64,000 nucleotides of DNA. Origin: Lepidodermella squamata (Eukaryota; Animalia; Gastrotricha). The stretch's first letter is position 1. Each line of letters begins with the position of its first letter. Below, piece after piece: positions 21,140 through 34,300 of the stretch. The notes beneath the pieces were generated by a model, which worked only from the letters and a program-made list of their open reading frames with translations, was not told where the DNA came from and ran no database searches. Location of the stretch: positions 2,666,001-2,730,000 of the forward strand of contig JBLDXI010000054.1 in NCBI GenBank assembly GCA_047495785.1, given 5' to 3'. Position numbers and translations under genes: made by a program.

Positions 21140-23398
21140 TCAAAGTTGTAGTGACTTGGTGAAAACAGGGTAGAAAATTATTGCTGATACTGAGACTGAT
21201 ACTAGCAAGCAAGCAACAGAGAGTGTTACTTGGACCGCTACCATGGATGATTGCACCAAGAGGATGATAAAAATGGACGCGATGGAGATAGTCGTCAAAT
21301 TTGTCAGAGTAATGCTGAAAACTCGATCTTTCAAATTTAACACCACAGCCCGAAGTTTGAACGCTAGAAGACATCCAGCGAACTGAATGAATAGATGGAT
21401 GGCTGTCAGTGCGAGGATATAATATTGAAACTCGCTGTGTGTCTTGCACACCGGTTCTAGGAACACGGTCACAGTATCGCTTGCATTGTCATAAAACATA
21501 CGTTTATTCTCCACCATCATAAAATGAGCTGGGTCCGATGCCATGCAGATGACGGCAACCAACAAGTTCAACGCAGTCCAGGTGATTGCTGCCACTACGG
21601 GTTTGGTACTTGGTTTAGTGTCATCGTTTGCATTTCGATCATTTCTGCTCCTCGTTCTGGATCTCGATCTCGGAATAGGTGACATCTCAAAGAGATTTGA
21701 GGGACCTGCAGCTCTCGAGGCATACCTGAATGTTTTCACGTGAAGAGCTCGAAAAGCTAGCTTAAAGAATATCGTCCCATCTAACGCTGAAATTCCTAGA
21801 ATGACGAGAATCGGTCTGACGTTGCAAAGATCCCCGGTTAGAGCATAACATATCGCTGCGGAGTCAAGCAGCAAACATCCTATTAAAATTATTCTGTGCT
21901 CCACGCCTCCACGGAAACGTGACTGTTCGTTCAGTTTCGGGCTGAAAAATATGACTAAATTAGCTATTGCAATTAGTGACGCGCAAACAATCAATGCAAT
22001 CGAAGCAGGTGGGCTGAGACGTATTTCGACTATCGAAAGCAATGCCGAGTCTCTTGGAGGGCCTGCGTCATCCGTAGCCCAATCGATACGTTGCAGCTCT
22101 TTCAGGTTAATCTGTGAGTCTGAGCTGTTGGCCCACTCGTAGTTTGCCTGGAATCCACGGTTTGGGTACCATGATTGAATTAAGATAGGTTCATCGTCGA
22201 ATTCTAAACGCTTCGAGTACTTCACGCGTCCGGCCCTCAGACCATTGAAGTCTGTCTCTGCCACACTTTGGTTAACGATCTTCATAACCATTTCGGGCTC
22301 CGTTTTGAAATCTCGTAGGGATTTTCCAATGGTGGACAGTTGCTTTTCGGACTTGTCCAAAGCTAAAACAGCCATAAGCATCATATCATGACACGGGTAT
22401 TTTTCAGCATAGTCTTGCCGGTATGGGGAATACTTGATTTCAAAAGCTGCCCGGCTCATGTTTAGCAATGAAGTATTCGGGTAATTTTTCATAGGAGCCA
22501 CAGGCGGACCGAATAGAAGCGATTGCCGATATTGAGCAACTATCATTGACCTGAAGCAGCCAGGACTTATCATATCAGGCAAAGTTAGAGGATCCGTGGT
22601 AGCGGATGTGAAAAACATGAAGACGTATCGATTGCCTCGAATGCCAGAAACGTATGCAAAGCAGAGAAAGTCGAATAGAACTTGAACCTCCGCACTGTGA
22701 AAAATGAATATTCTGGCGTCACTCCGTTTCATCGACTCTACCGTTGCGAGACTGATTTGCGGCCCGATATCAAACCAGGCAAAGCTTACTCCAAATTGAC
22801 CAGCTATTGAATATAAATAAGTCGCCATCATAGTGTTAAACGTATTCTCCGCGTTTGCATACATTGCTATCTTCTTCCAGCCCATGCGTTTTACAAATGC
22901 GAGAGTTACAAAATTGCTGATTTCAGCCGGACTTCGCGTGCGATACAAATTAGGATAAATTCTGCGATTTCCTGTAAAAACTGGACTCAGACATGCAGAG
23001 GCTATGGCAACACTGTGGATCTGGTGGACCATTGCTCCGTAAGCTTTACAACCTGTTGTAAAGGTGCCACCTAGTATGATAGGCGACTGGTAGGTCGAAA
23101 CCGCCCCTTTCGGATTGTAAAAATGTTCATCCATTTCGCGGGAAAAAGTAACAGCCAGTTTGGTGTCGAACGCCCCACCGGGGCCGTCGTCCTCCGCCCG
23201 AACGAGCAGGTGATAGTCGGGTAAGATATCTGTTCTGCGGTTGATTTCGTCCGCCACAAACTGACCGGCGGCAGCGCAAGCCTTTTGTTCGACCGGAAAT
23301 TGCACCACATTCATTTGCAATATTGTAAGATTGTAAGGTTTTGACCAAACTGCTTTGAACATTTGGATGAGAAGATAAATGTGAAAGAAGTTCTGCAT
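21140..23398 (-). CDS. Class C GPCR-like receptor (GABA-B-like), intronless
   Basis: Likely start MQNFF (signal peptide); ADEINRRTDILPDYHL, YPNLYRT, MGWKKIA, SDARIFI, W..D..PPRD; 7TM region. Confidence 0.88.
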   Translation of the reverse strand: MQNFFHIYLLIQMFKAVWSKPYNLTILQMNVVQFPVEQKACAAAGQFVADEINRRTDILPDYHLLVRAEDDGPGGAFDTKLAVTFSREMDEHFYNPKGAVSTYQSPIILGGTFTTGCKAYGAMVHQIHSVAIASACLSPVFTGNRRIYPNLYRTRSPAEISNFVTLAFVKRMGWKKIAMYANAENTFNTMMATYLYSIAGQFGVSFAWFDIGPQISLATVESMKRSDARIFIFHSAEVQVLFDFLCFAYVSGIRGNRYVFMFFTSATTDPLTLPDMISPGCFRSMIVAQYRQSLLFGPPVAPMKNYPNTSLLNMSRAAFEIKYSPYRQDYAEKYPCHDMMLMAVLALDKSEKQLSTIGKSLRDFKTEPEMVMKIVNQSVAETDFNGLRAGRVKYSKRLEFDDEPILIQSWYPNRGFQANYEWANSSDSQINLKELQRIDWATDDAGPPRDSALLSIVEIRLSPPASIALIVCASLIAIANLVIFFSPKLNEQSRFRGGVEHRIILIGCLLLDSAAICYALTGDLCNVRPILVILGISALDGTIFFKLAFRALHVKTFRYASRAAGPSNLFEMSPIPRSRSRTRSRNDRNANDDTKPSTKPVVAAITWTALNLLVAVICMASDPAHFMMVENKRMFYDNASDTVTVFLEPVCKTHSEFQYYILALTAIHLFIQFAGCLLAFKLRAVVLNLKDRVFSITLTNLTTISIASIFIILLVQSSMVAVQVTLSVACLLVSVSVSAIIFYPVFTKSLQL

Positions 23399-23840
23399 TT
23401 TTAATTCGAAAAGGGTAAAGGATATGCTTTTCGGAAAAGGAGGAGCATGAATTCGTTTAAGACGGTTTTCCTCCCAGCTAATTAGAGATCGTAACCTGAT
23501 ATCAAGCTCACCCAGTAGCGCATAGACCGTATTAGCGCCTATGTACGTTGTGTATTCACCCCGCACGCTTGTCGTTACGCACGTTCCCATGCCGTTATTT
23601 CATGAGCTGCTGATAGAGAGGTGCTTAAAACTGGCTTAACTGGCTGATAACAAGTATTCAGTTGGCGGTTATCTTTCGATCACATTCACTTACGTGTTAA
23701 GTTCTTTCCCGGCTCTGTCTGGGGGAAGAGTAAATTAATACCTTCCCAGTTGCCAGACTATCGTCTCCTCCTTCAGGCGGTTGTCGGTGGGGGTAGTCGG
23801 TGGGGAGCGATATTGGAAGAGATTGTTTCTGATGTTCAAA

Positions 23841-23978
23841 AGCCCCTCGTGGGGCTCCAGAAAGTGCTACAGTGGACCCGTAGGTCCTCAGAGCGGGTAA
23901 TTGGGGTAGTTTTCAATTAGCAATTTCCACCTCTCGGTTTGCACCTCACTGAGTATGGAACTGCCACTGCGCAAAGCT
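23841..23978 (-). ncRNA. U4: U4 spliceosomal snRNA, copy 1
   Basis: Starts AGCTTTGCGCAGTGGCAGT (U4/U6 stem II). Has a K-turn 5' stem-loop, TTGCTAATTGAAAACT (stem I), an Sm-site position and a terminal hairpin; 138 nt. Confidence 0.93.
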
Positions 23979-24096
23979 AAGGATTGTCTAACATCGAAGC
24001 AGGAGCCGATCTCTAAAGAAGGGAACAACAGCCAGTGTAATAATTTGAATACGCAGTGAGGTAACAAAATATCAAAAAAGAAGTCAGAAAAAATGA

Positions 24097-24168
24097 AGGT
24101 CCCATCGAGATTTGAACTCGAGTCGCAGGATTCAGAGTCCTGAGTGCTAACCGCTACACCATGGGACC
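24097..24168 (-). tRNA. tRNA-Gln(CUG)
   Basis: Acceptor stem GGTCCCA/TGGGACC, anticodon arm CAGGA-CTCTGAA-TCCTG, T arm TCGAG-TTCAAAT-CTCGA, followed by a T-run. Confidence 0.97.
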
Positions 24169-24501
24169 TTGATGAAATAAGGGATAAAACTTTCAACTTT
24201 CAACCTGTTTGGACTTCCCTGAGTATTGGAAACTGCTTCAACGTGAAAATTAAAGATTGCTTGAAATAAATCTGCCCATCATTTTACGAGGCTCTCAACT
24301 GTGGGTGGGTGACTTTGTTGGTTTTGCTTTTGCCGTGTCTTCGATTCCTCAAAATGGTTCGGACGGTAGGACGCGTGACGCGGGGAAGAGAAATACAACT
24401 TTCAATTTCAATTTCAATATGACGATAAATACATATTTCATAAGCAAAACACCTCATAACGAAATCCAAAAGTCTCAACTTTTATCAATCGATTTTGATA
24501 A

Positions 24502-25443
24502 CTATTCTTTAGCGTTAGCATCATGCGCCTCAATTATGACAAATTTTTCCAGGACTTGGACAAACTCTTGGAGCAGATGGTCTTCGTCGATTGTATCCAC
24601 TTTAATACCTTCACCAGAAGACAGAGCGGTAAGCAAAGACACCTACGAATACAAGAAATGATGACGGAGATGATGAAAATAAGTAATCAATACGACGAGA
24701 CTCACATTTTCAGCAATTTTCCTTCCTTCCTTAGCTAAATCTTTCAAATCGGTAAGCGGCAAATGTTCAGCCAAGTATTTTTCATCCGCTCTGGTCGACA
24801 TTTCGACAAATGAGATCCACTTCCGAACTTCTTTGTATTTCAAATTTTCAAGGCCTGCTAGCATTTCCTCTTCCTTAGAGTCCAATTCTTCTACCATACG
24901 GGCTCTGAAACCTGCGATCTCATGGTTTACCTTGTCCTGAATGCTATCGATAGCAGTAAGTAACTTGTCGCGAGCAATTGTGGCATTCTCCTTTATCGCG
25001 AGACTAGCTGGAAGATTCCCGTGATACTCGTCACCAGCTAAAAAACCAATGTCGAACAGAACTTTGAATCTTTCGAAGTAACATTCGATCTGCGAGACTA
25101 ACTCCGTTCTTTTTGCTGGTAAACATGTTTCACATAGGTTAGATCCACCATTGCTAGACAGACTCGTACAACCTCGACTCTCGCATTGCAATTCGCCTGC
25201 CCACGTCACTCTTCTTTGATTCAGCGGCTTTCTGCTCGATAGCGACGGCTTGATTTTGGCATCGCAAATCGGGCATTTCGGAGGCGCCTGAGTAGTCGAG
25301 GGGCGCTGCCCTTCGTAGCCGATAAGGCAGCTGAAGCATATGACATGTTTGCAGTCGAGAACTTTCGGAAATCGGAAGACCTTTTTGCACAAGTCACACG
25401 CGACATCTTGTGGGGAATCGGAATTGTTCACTCCTGATGCCAT
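24502..25443 (-). CDS. RING-HC (C3HC4) finger protein, TRIM-like (degenerate B-box, coiled coil)
   Basis: CDLC...PKVLDCKHVICFSC...CPIC, then a Cys cluster and a helical heptad region. One intron ~24643-24704; stop at 24502. Confidence 0.8.
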
Positions 25444-26307
25444 TTTTATTGGAAACGAAGAAAGTGAGAGTGAGAATAAATTAGTAAATTGGAACCTCTT
25501 ATATTAGAAAAGAAGGCGTCTGGTTGAGTAATCAAGCGTTTTATTGCTAAGCCACTCGGTGGCTGATTAAGTCCACCTATAAATCTTGATGAATAACTCC
25601 ATCAAGGGCTTTCCATCATAAGTTCCAATCATTCCTTTCTTTATGACACGGAAAGGATTCGGCATTAATTTTCTTCGCGGGCAAATAATTGTCTGCAAAC
25701 TCATCATCGCTGCTGCAATTCACTCTGGAGAGAAGAATATGGCAATCATTTTTGCTTTCATTTAGCGTCATAGATTGAGTTCATGCAAAACTGAGGTGTG
25801 CAGCCTACACAGTCTTATCAGCGTCGCATCTATCAGATAGGAGCCGTGACTGTAATTCGGGTCAATGTGTTCCTCGAAGCTTCAACGATAGGCCAAAACT
25901 TCTGCGAGAGATTCTACGGAGTAGCTTACAAATAGAAAGCCAATCAATCCCACCAGTTTGACAGGTTACATGTGTTTAAGTTAAAATTGTATTGACAATA
26001 CACAAGTGCGCAGATTGGCGGAAATCCGCCGTTAAAAATGCCTAAAATAGGTTTTCGCAACAGAGTACTAAAGAGTTTAGAGTTTAGACTCTGAGTGCCT
26101 TTTCCTAAGCCTGTTTTGTCCCATATCTCAGGTCACATAAAACATCAATCTTGACATTCGCTTGAATCAATATAATATGTCAAGTTTGAAACAAAAAGTT
26201 CCGCGTATGATATTTAAAAATAAAAAGTGACACGTCTTGTTTAGTCTGATGATCTCATCAAAATTACTTACAAAGCGATATAAATAAATTGAAGAAATAA
26301 ATGGAAA

Positions 26308-28596
26308 TCAGTCCTGTTGCTCTGCAGCCAAGTGACCTGATCCCACTGAAGGATTATGGAACATTACTCTTTTAGTTTTGTAGCAATTAATGGACGAAAT
26401 GGTCACTGAGTGAAGCAGAGCAAAAATTGATAGAACCATCTGCCTATCGACTGGCGAATAAGTCACTAACATTATGAGGAATCCTCCGATGAAAAGCGAG
26501 GCTAAATTAGCCACGGAAAATCGTGTTAGTTTTACATCCAGCCACCCGTTAGGGATTACCAGCTTTTTGGAGAAAACTCTCAATGAAAAGGCGTAATAGC
26601 TTCCGAGGGCTAAAAGGTTAAGATAGATGAATGAGAGTGAAAGCAGCCACGGCGAACTATCTTGAGCGTGGCAAACAGTGACTTGGATGAAAGTTGCTAC
26701 ATCACTAGCTGAATCATAAATCACCCCGTCCCCAGGATACAGCTGATCCAACTGAATAGCAGGAGTCCAGATTGAGATGCAAATGAGTGGAACTGTCAGT
26801 GAGAAACCAAGCGAAATCAATGCTCCGTTAGTAAACCATTTTCCAAGGGCTGCGCTGGGTACCTTAATTTTAAGAGCTGATCTACGCTTTTTCCGGCACA
26901 AGCGTTCCAAATAAACTAATTTGGAGTTTGTCATGCCTGCTGTGACAACCAGAGCGATCGGAACAAGGATATGCTGAGCTGTACAAGCTGCTTCGCTATC
27001 TGTTGCCATCGAAGTAACAACAGCAGTAGCGTTAAATGCCATGCAAGTAAGGGTAAATGCTGCTTTTTCCCACTCGAAGGATCCACATCGAATGGAAATA
27101 CCGTAACCAAAAGCTATGATCTGCAGAAGTGTTGTTAAAATCGCAATCGTTGCTACAGACCAGAAAAATTCCTTGGTAATCCCAATCGATAAATTTAAAC
27201 TTCTGCGCTCATCCAAAGGTGGCTTCCCATCTGGAGTAAACCATGTTGCCGTGCCGAGAATTTCTGTGTAGTAGCTAGAAAAATTATTCAGTGGCGCGTT
27301 TACTTTGCGCCGAACTTTGATGATAGTTGTCAAATTATCTGGCGGTGTCCATTGAACGACTACCTGAGGGTCATCATCCATTTCGCCCCGTGATGAATAC
27401 TTGTTAAGATCTGTCCTAAGACCATAAAATTCTAAATTCGCCATTGTCTGATTAGTAATTCTCCCAATCAACCTTGAGTGAGTTCGGTATGACGAGAAAG
27501 ATAAGTTTTGCTTCAAAAGTGACTTCTCAGATCTGTCAAGGGCTAAAATTGCTTGTAGAGTTGCATCGAAACATGCAACACGTTTGTCGTAATCTGCAGG
27601 TCTTGTGTTATTCGTGTATTTAACCATCATCCGTTCGAAGTCACGCAAGTTTATCCCGAGTGAGGACGGCCTTGTATAGTTGTCAAAGATTGAAGCCGAT
27701 GAAGACCAAAAGGTTATTTTAAGCTGTTCCTGCAGTTGCTTCTTCGTACAATCTCCCCATACCACCTCAGGCAAACCTACCGAGTCGATGTAAGACCCCA
27801 AATAGATGAAAAACGCGTATCTAGCGCCGGCCAGACCATGTTTATAGGCCAGACAGAGAAACTGGGTTATAAGCAATGAATTAGCTGCTTCCAACACAAT
27901 GATTCTGGAGTCACTCTGCTTCAAATTGTCGATCAGTTGGTCACTAATCTCAGGTACAACGTCCAGAAAATTGACCTCAAAACCGTTTTTAATAGCTTCA
28001 TTCAATAGAGCTGTTCCGATCAATACGTCGAAAAAATTGTTAGCGTTGATAACAATCGCCATTCGTTTCCAGCCACCGATAATTTGCATGAATTTCACCT
28101 GTGGGAAGGAGACTAGCTCGACGGGTAGCCGAATTCTGTACAGATTCGGGAATAATTTCCGATTGGCTGTGAAAATCGGCGCGCCACAAGCTGTACCAAT
28201 GCCTACCAAGTCGAGCTCATGCAAAATTGATGCTATCGCCTTGCAACCTACGCTGTAATAAGGACCGATGACGACAGGAGCTGGAACAATTTTCTCATCA
28301 GGGTTGTTCTCAAACATGCGGCGAAAAGCAATAGCTTCTTTATGCGATTGCATCGAGTTGAATCCTTCGTCTCGATAAAGAGGTTTGAGGACATATCCGG
28401 GCAGAATGTCAGGCCTAGAATTCGCCAATTCAATGGCGATATCTGTTGCAGCTTTGCATGCTATACCGACTTTAGGCTCTTCGCCGGTGAATGGCATTAG
28501 AATGAGCATCGATAAAGTTTTGGTATCGGTTAAGATCTCCCATGAATCAATGAAATAGAAAGTAATTAGGTACGTTAAGCCAGTTAAACGAGTCAT
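26308..28596 (-). CDS. Class C GPCR-like receptor (GABA-B-like), intronless
   Basis: CKAATDIAIELANSRPDILPGYVL, VVIGPYYSVGC, FPNLYRI, LKQSDSRII, WFTPDGKPPLD; 7TM region. Confidence 0.88.
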   Translation of the reverse strand: MTRLTGLTYLITFYFIDSWEILTDTKTLSMLILMPFTGEEPKVGIACKAATDIAIELANSRPDILPGYVLKPLYRDEGFNSMQSHKEAIAFRRMFENNPDEKIVPAPVVIGPYYSVGCKAIASILHELDLVGIGTACGAPIFTANRKLFPNLYRIRLPVELVSFPQVKFMQIIGGWKRMAIVINANNFFDVLIGTALLNEAIKNGFEVNFLDVVPEISDQLIDNLKQSDSRIIVLEAANSLLITQFLCLAYKHGLAGARYAFFIYLGSYIDSVGLPEVVWGDCTKKQLQEQLKITFWSSSASIFDNYTRPSSLGINLRDFERMMVKYTNNTRPADYDKRVACFDATLQAILALDRSEKSLLKQNLSFSSYRTHSRLIGRITNQTMANLEFYGLRTDLNKYSSRGEMDDDPQVVVQWTPPDNLTTIIKVRRKVNAPLNNFSSYYTEILGTATWFTPDGKPPLDERRSLNLSIGITKEFFWSVATIAILTTLLQIIAFGYGISIRCGSFEWEKAAFTLTCMAFNATAVVTSMATDSEAACTAQHILVPIALVVTAGMTNSKLVYLERLCRKKRRSALKIKVPSAALGKWFTNGALISLGFSLTVPLICISIWTPAIQLDQLYPGDGVIYDSASDVATFIQVTVCHAQDSSPWLLSLSFIYLNLLALGSYYAFSLRVFSKKLVIPNGWLDVKLTRFSVANLASLFIGGFLIMLVTYSPVDRQMVLSIFALLHSVTISSINCYKTKRVMFHNPSVGSGHLAAEQQD

Positions 28597-29040
28597 TTTC
28601 GACAAGTTTGGAAAAAGTACTCGCTTAATGATTTTTTTAGACTCGCCATTGCTCTTCTTTAAAAAAGAGTCCCTTGAAGAAATGCATTAACGTCTAGTTT
28701 TACACTTCAGGAAGTAAGCGGGCAAATTTTAATTCGAGGAATATGTAGAATCCTGCCAAAAAGCAACTGTCGTTCGCCAAATAAGTGCTTCCGCTCGAAT
28801 CTACATTCAAAGTTGAGAAGGAATTGCTCCCCACCGATGACTGAGACTAAGCAATAAAAAACCCACCTTAACTTGGTTTTATACTTTACATCTGCTCTCC
28901 AAACACGCGCCGCCAGCTGTTAATCTTCAAATTATATAATCATAACTTATGCATGCTTGCACCTTGATGACTTGAAATAACTACTGCAAAAAACCGTGAA
29001 CGACAAAAAATAAGCAGTCATTATTAGTTTGAAGCTACCC

Positions 29041-30881
29041 ATGAGTAAAACTCGACAAAGTTACATTGATAGGAAATCATGGCAAGAAAATTACTTGCTC
29101 GAGCTCACTATCAGCTGTCGAGAGCTGAAAAACATGGACATTTTGTCGAAGACGGATGCTTTCGTCATTGTTTACCTTGAACAGCTGGGCGAAACATCAG
29201 AAAGGTGGAAAGAACTCGGTAGGACCGAGGTTGTCTGGAACAATCTTAACCCAGAGTTTTCTCGGAAGATTCATCTGAGCTACATTCCCGGAGAACGGCA
29301 ACGCCTTCAGTTCTGTGTCTATGACGTTGATGAATGGAAGCCATTTCAGTCCAGAACGCCGAAACCCAAGGACAAAGACTTGGTTGGAAAAATCGAAGTA
29401 ATGCTGAGCCGCCTTATCGAATTCAACGCCTATCAGGAGTATGAAGAAAATCTCTTTGTTGAAGGTGAGGCGAAACCACGAGGGACTGTCATCATTTCGG
29501 CAGAATGCATTCAAAATAGAACAGAGTCATTTTCAATGGTACAGTTCGGATGCGAAAAACTACCTGCTCCTAAATTCTCTCTCAGCATGGAGACTGAGGA
29601 ATATTTTTTCGAAATTCGGAAAGAGATGAATGGGAAGCAATTGTTGGTCTACCGCAGCGAGAATATCACAAATGTAAATGCTGACGCCTTGAAGCCATGG
29701 AAACCGTTTGAAATCACACGCTATTCGCTCTGCTCATGTGATGACTCGAAAATCATTCAATTATCGCTATGGAAATATTCGGAAGACGGCAAAAACAAAA
29801 TGATAGGCTCCAAAGAGACAACTGTGAGCCGCTTATTGAAAGGAGAGGAGGAGAATGTCTATGAGATGTCCATTCACGGAACTACTATTCGGCTGATAAG
29901 TCTTGAAAAGGATGCCCATCAAACTTTTCATGACTTGTTGCTCTACCGAGGAACGTTTCTTCATTACTTTGTTGCTATCGACTTTTCAATGTCCAACGGG
30001 AACCTGGTATCGCCTGATTCGTTGCACTATCTTGACAACACAGACATTCAAGCTACCAACCCATATCTGGATGCACTTAGAGCAGTTATGGATGTTGTTG
30101 AGGTTCAGAAAGAATCGGATAGCCTCGGCATTCCTGTTTTTGGCCTTGGGGCTGAGATAGCACCTAGTTGGAAAATGCCGGATTACTTTGCGCTGGTATG
30201 ACCATTATCTGCCATTTTTCTCTAGTGATCAGAGAAGCCATTTCATTTGCGTAGAATGGGAATCCAGAGAATCCTATCTGTTATGGGGTTCAGGAAGTCA
30301 TTTCGGCCTACAGAAGTGCGGTAAAAGAGCGCATTAGACCACATGAGCCAACTCATATAGCGCCTATCCTCAACTCTATTACCAAGTTATTTTCACCGCT
30401 TGTTTTTCTTCCCGATTTGTTTTTTGCATTTTAGCTTGGCTCGGTTCCATGACGATGATGGACATTATTTTGTCCTAATAATTTTTACCGACGGGCAAAT
30501 CACTGATATGTCGAATACAGTCAACGCGATAGTAGAAGCCAGTTCTTATCCGATATCAATAATTTTCATCGGGATTGGGCCGGGCCCTTTTCCTAAACTG
30601 GTAAAACTTGACGCTGATAACCGAAAGTTGGTCGATACCACAGGAAAAGCAATGCAGCGTGATATCGTTCAATTTGTTGACTTTGGCCACATCAACGCTT
30701 CGAGTTCCGGAAAGTTGGGCATGTCTCAAGTGATGTTGGCGAGGTATGTCAGAAAAAACAGCCAGAATATCGGCATTTAACACAATTTTGCAGAGAGCTG
30801 TTTTATGAGGCAACTCCTCAGTTCCTGGAAGCTCGAAGACCATCAAAAGACGAACATGAAAACGCCAATTTATCATTTTAA
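29041..30881 (+). CDS. Copine (C2-C2-vWA)
   Basis: ELTISCRELKNMDILSKTDAF, GRTEVVWNNLNPEF, VAIDFSMSNG...SLHY, LIIFTDGQITD, RDIVQFV; three short introns. Confidence 0.93.
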
Positions 30882-31310
30882 CATGTTTAAGAAATTGTTT
30901 GCCAAAGTGTTGTAACTTCCTGCAAATTCAGATGAAAATACGCATCAGCGCCTGTGAGATATTATTATGTCTGTTCTGCTTTAAGTCAAAGAATTAAAAT
31001 GTCGCTCTAATTGTTCAAGAAACACTCTGGAACATGTCACAGCTCACAGCTAATTACCTAGTAAAAAATAATCGAAACTTTGACTTCACTATAAACTACT
31101 AAGTGGGCTCGAAAATGGCATTAAATTCCGGTTTAATTCGCAAAAAACATGAACGTGAGTAATCATTGAATCACAAAATACTTTACAGTAAGATAATTTT
31201 CAGCTCGTTTCATTTCACCAAAATAGACAGATAAATCGAAAAAATGAAGATAAATCACATAATTCAGCAGGATTGTTTTCCGACTTGCCACGCTCCGCCG
31301 CACTCCAAGC

Positions 31311-34300
31311 TTAGTTATTAGCAAAGCAGCTGCCAGGGGTCCCAAATGGCCCCACAGGGCTCTGAAAACACAATAAAATCAAAATTGCTACATAGATAGA
31401 GAAGGTCATCGGTTTCTCACCTCATCATCATGACATTTATCACGTCGACAGTCGACAAAGGTAGATGAGCCTTTCTTGAAGCATTGATAATACTTCTGCA
31501 AAATATCTAAACTTAAACGAGCAACTTGTGTTCAAGTTCAAGCGTACCATGCCATCGACGTGTTGACAGTCGAGCCAATTGCGAGCGAAATAGCGGAACC
31601 CGTTGAATGGCCCAGTTACGGTGCTCTATCTCGAAAACTGAGAGCATTCTGCTTTGCAATGCATCAAACTACTCACCTCAGTTTCGCCGGGCTTGTCGCA
31701 CTTCATGTCATTCGCAACACAACGGAATGTTTTTCCTGTGTAGCACCGCTTCGCAACCTAAATTGGGTTACGAATAAGCATTCAATTAAATCAGAAAAGG
31801 TCACTTGTCCCACCCGGACATCCGAAATCTCAAGGAACAATACAAAAGTTTGATTCTTTACCTATGACTGACCTAGACCCCTAGGCAATGCAAGAAAGCC
31901 AGGAAGCAGGAGGTATATTAGCGTATCGCACCAGTTCCAGAAAAGAAAACCTTAAAGCTACAACCGCTGATTTGAATTACCCGAAACATAAAAAACTCCC
32001 AATCTCGAGGATTCTCGTTCGCACACTACTGCCCTGAAATCTATAGGGCCGAGCTACAAATTTATTCTAGCCAGAGCTTGATTTGAGATAGCAAAGCCGG
32101 AGGCGATAGAACATTCTAATCTCCGCTTGAAACTTACGCCTTGGTTGCATGTTTTCACATCAGCTTTCCCGGTGAGAGTGGTCTCGCCCGCTTGGCACGT
32201 AGTCTGGCGACAGCTAACGAATTCGTTAGTCTGAGTGTTGATGCAGCGAACAAAGCGAACTGCTGGCTTAGTTTCATTTGTCACCGCTGCAGCTGCCCGT
32301 GAAACACATCTTATTTTTCAAGAAATGCGGAAAACTATGTGTCAGAGCTTACTCATGGAGCAGTTTGACAGCGTAGTCGAATTTCCAACAAAACAAGAGA
32401 GACCAGGTCCTGAGTTGGGATTGCGACATGCATTCTGCGACGCGTTGAGGCTGCCGCCTGGGAGGTCCAGATCAGCGTAAACAGATTGCTCTGTCCACGG
32501 GCTGCACGTTTCATTCGAGTTGGTTTTTGTCACGGCGGTGCCTTCGTAGTCGTAACCGGTTGAGGTGAGGATGATCTCCTTGGACAGGTTAGAAGCTTTC
32601 ACGCCCTTGCAAGTTGCGTACACTACAAGTTTGAATCCCTGATCCGGTGACTGTTGCCCGACAATCGCCTGCATGTGCACCATAGCTTGAGATTTGTCTG
32701 TGACAAAAGGTCGACCGCTACTGATGCCACAGGAGCAAAATCTGTAGAACGAATGACCTGATACAACTTTGTTGAACAATGTTTACCAGATCCTCCACAA
32801 CTCATGCATTTTAACAGTCTCATAAATGTTATCACTTTGGATGAAAATTGAATTTGAATAAACTCACTTTAATCCAGGATAGCCACCCGCACCAAGATCG
32901 CGAATAAGGACGAAGTCGTCGCAAACGTTAAACCCTGTTGAAGAGAAAAGAATTAGGCAGGGCCGATATATTAGCATTGCGCTTACTTTCTGAGCATTGC
33001 ATGTTGGGTCTTTTCTCAAATACGAACACTAAACCGCTGTCAGCTTCCTGTGAAAAGATAAATAGGTCATATGAACTGCCGCAGAAATCGTGAAGACTAC
33101 ATACCTATGCTCAAGTTTCATTCAATTCAATATAAATTAGAAATTAATGTAGGTATTAGATTTTCAAGAATGGAGTCATCTCCTACATCTCCTACATTAG
33201 AACCTACATTTTAAAGCAACGTTTTATATAACTTCTCGAAATAGTTTTTCAAATAGCCTGGCTGTGCAAATATCTATGCAAATCTGAATGCGAATTCAAG
33301 TTGTTAAGAAAAAGTATAACACACTGTTGAAACGAGCCACGAACAGCTGCTACCAGCGGTGTATGTAGCTGGAGATTCGATAATGGTTTTGTTGCAAGGC
33401 GAGACTGTAACACGGCCACCACAGCTGCCAGGCGGTACAGCCGGCGCGAAGGTTTCGCACAGCGGACCTCCAAATCCGAACGGACACTGGCATAAGGTAC
33501 AGTTTTTAGCAGGATTAGGGAAGCCATCGTTCTCGCATTTTGTGGCGTTGCAAATCGGATCGACTGGAAAAAAAACAAAAAAAACCATGACAATTATTGT
33601 CCCATGTCTCGAGTAATCGAATGGCACTTGACAAGTAACAAACTAAGTCATGGGTCTGGCCCATTCGGAAATCAGTAGACCTACAACTGAAAGCCTGATC
33701 GCATCAAGACCAATCCGCTACATTCTGCCATGACAAATCACAATATTCTGAGTCAGCTATGTATTAGCTCACTCAAGACGCAAGAGAAGCAAGAGCTCGA
33801 AGTTAGCAGACAGATCTATAGGCACGAGCTATACAGGGCCACCCAAAATAAGCCGAGTAGGTCAAGCCTGGGTCTATTTTTTTCCGCCTGGGGAATCTAT
33901 GAAATTTGGCATTTTTCGAATGATGAATTGATTTCGAAAATGTGTACCGATCAAAATATGGGGGTTCCAGATCTAAAGCAGCGTCAAAGCGATCGTCTGG
34001 ACCCGATGATTAACTTAGCATCAAAAAGTCGTTCAATTTCACAGATCCAGGTGTGGACCGCCTCAAAGGTCAAAGGTCGAAAGTGGATGTTGACTTCTCG
34101 GTCACCTGTCGACCACTTCTAAAAATGCTACCCGGGCAAATTTCAAAAAATCAAAAAATCAAAAAATCGGCCGTCTCTCAGCTTAGCGATGACCCGAAGG
34201 GGAATCATATCGACTTTTTGCAAAACCCCCAGGAGCCAGTGTGTTAAATTGATTAATGATTGCTTCAAACAAATTGTGGACGTGAAACTAACAATGGGCC

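Noticed and set aside
23888-24196. Repeated ORF 'SRSHGVAVSTQDSESCDSSSNLDGT' (also 41692-41913)
   Set aside because: It is only the translation of the tRNA-Gln and U4 genes, not a protein.
34067-34079. DR1-like nuclear receptor element AGGTCA-A-AGGTCG in an astacin intron
   Set aside because: A single short motif inside what looks like repeat-derived sequence (~33860-34245), with no supporting evidence.
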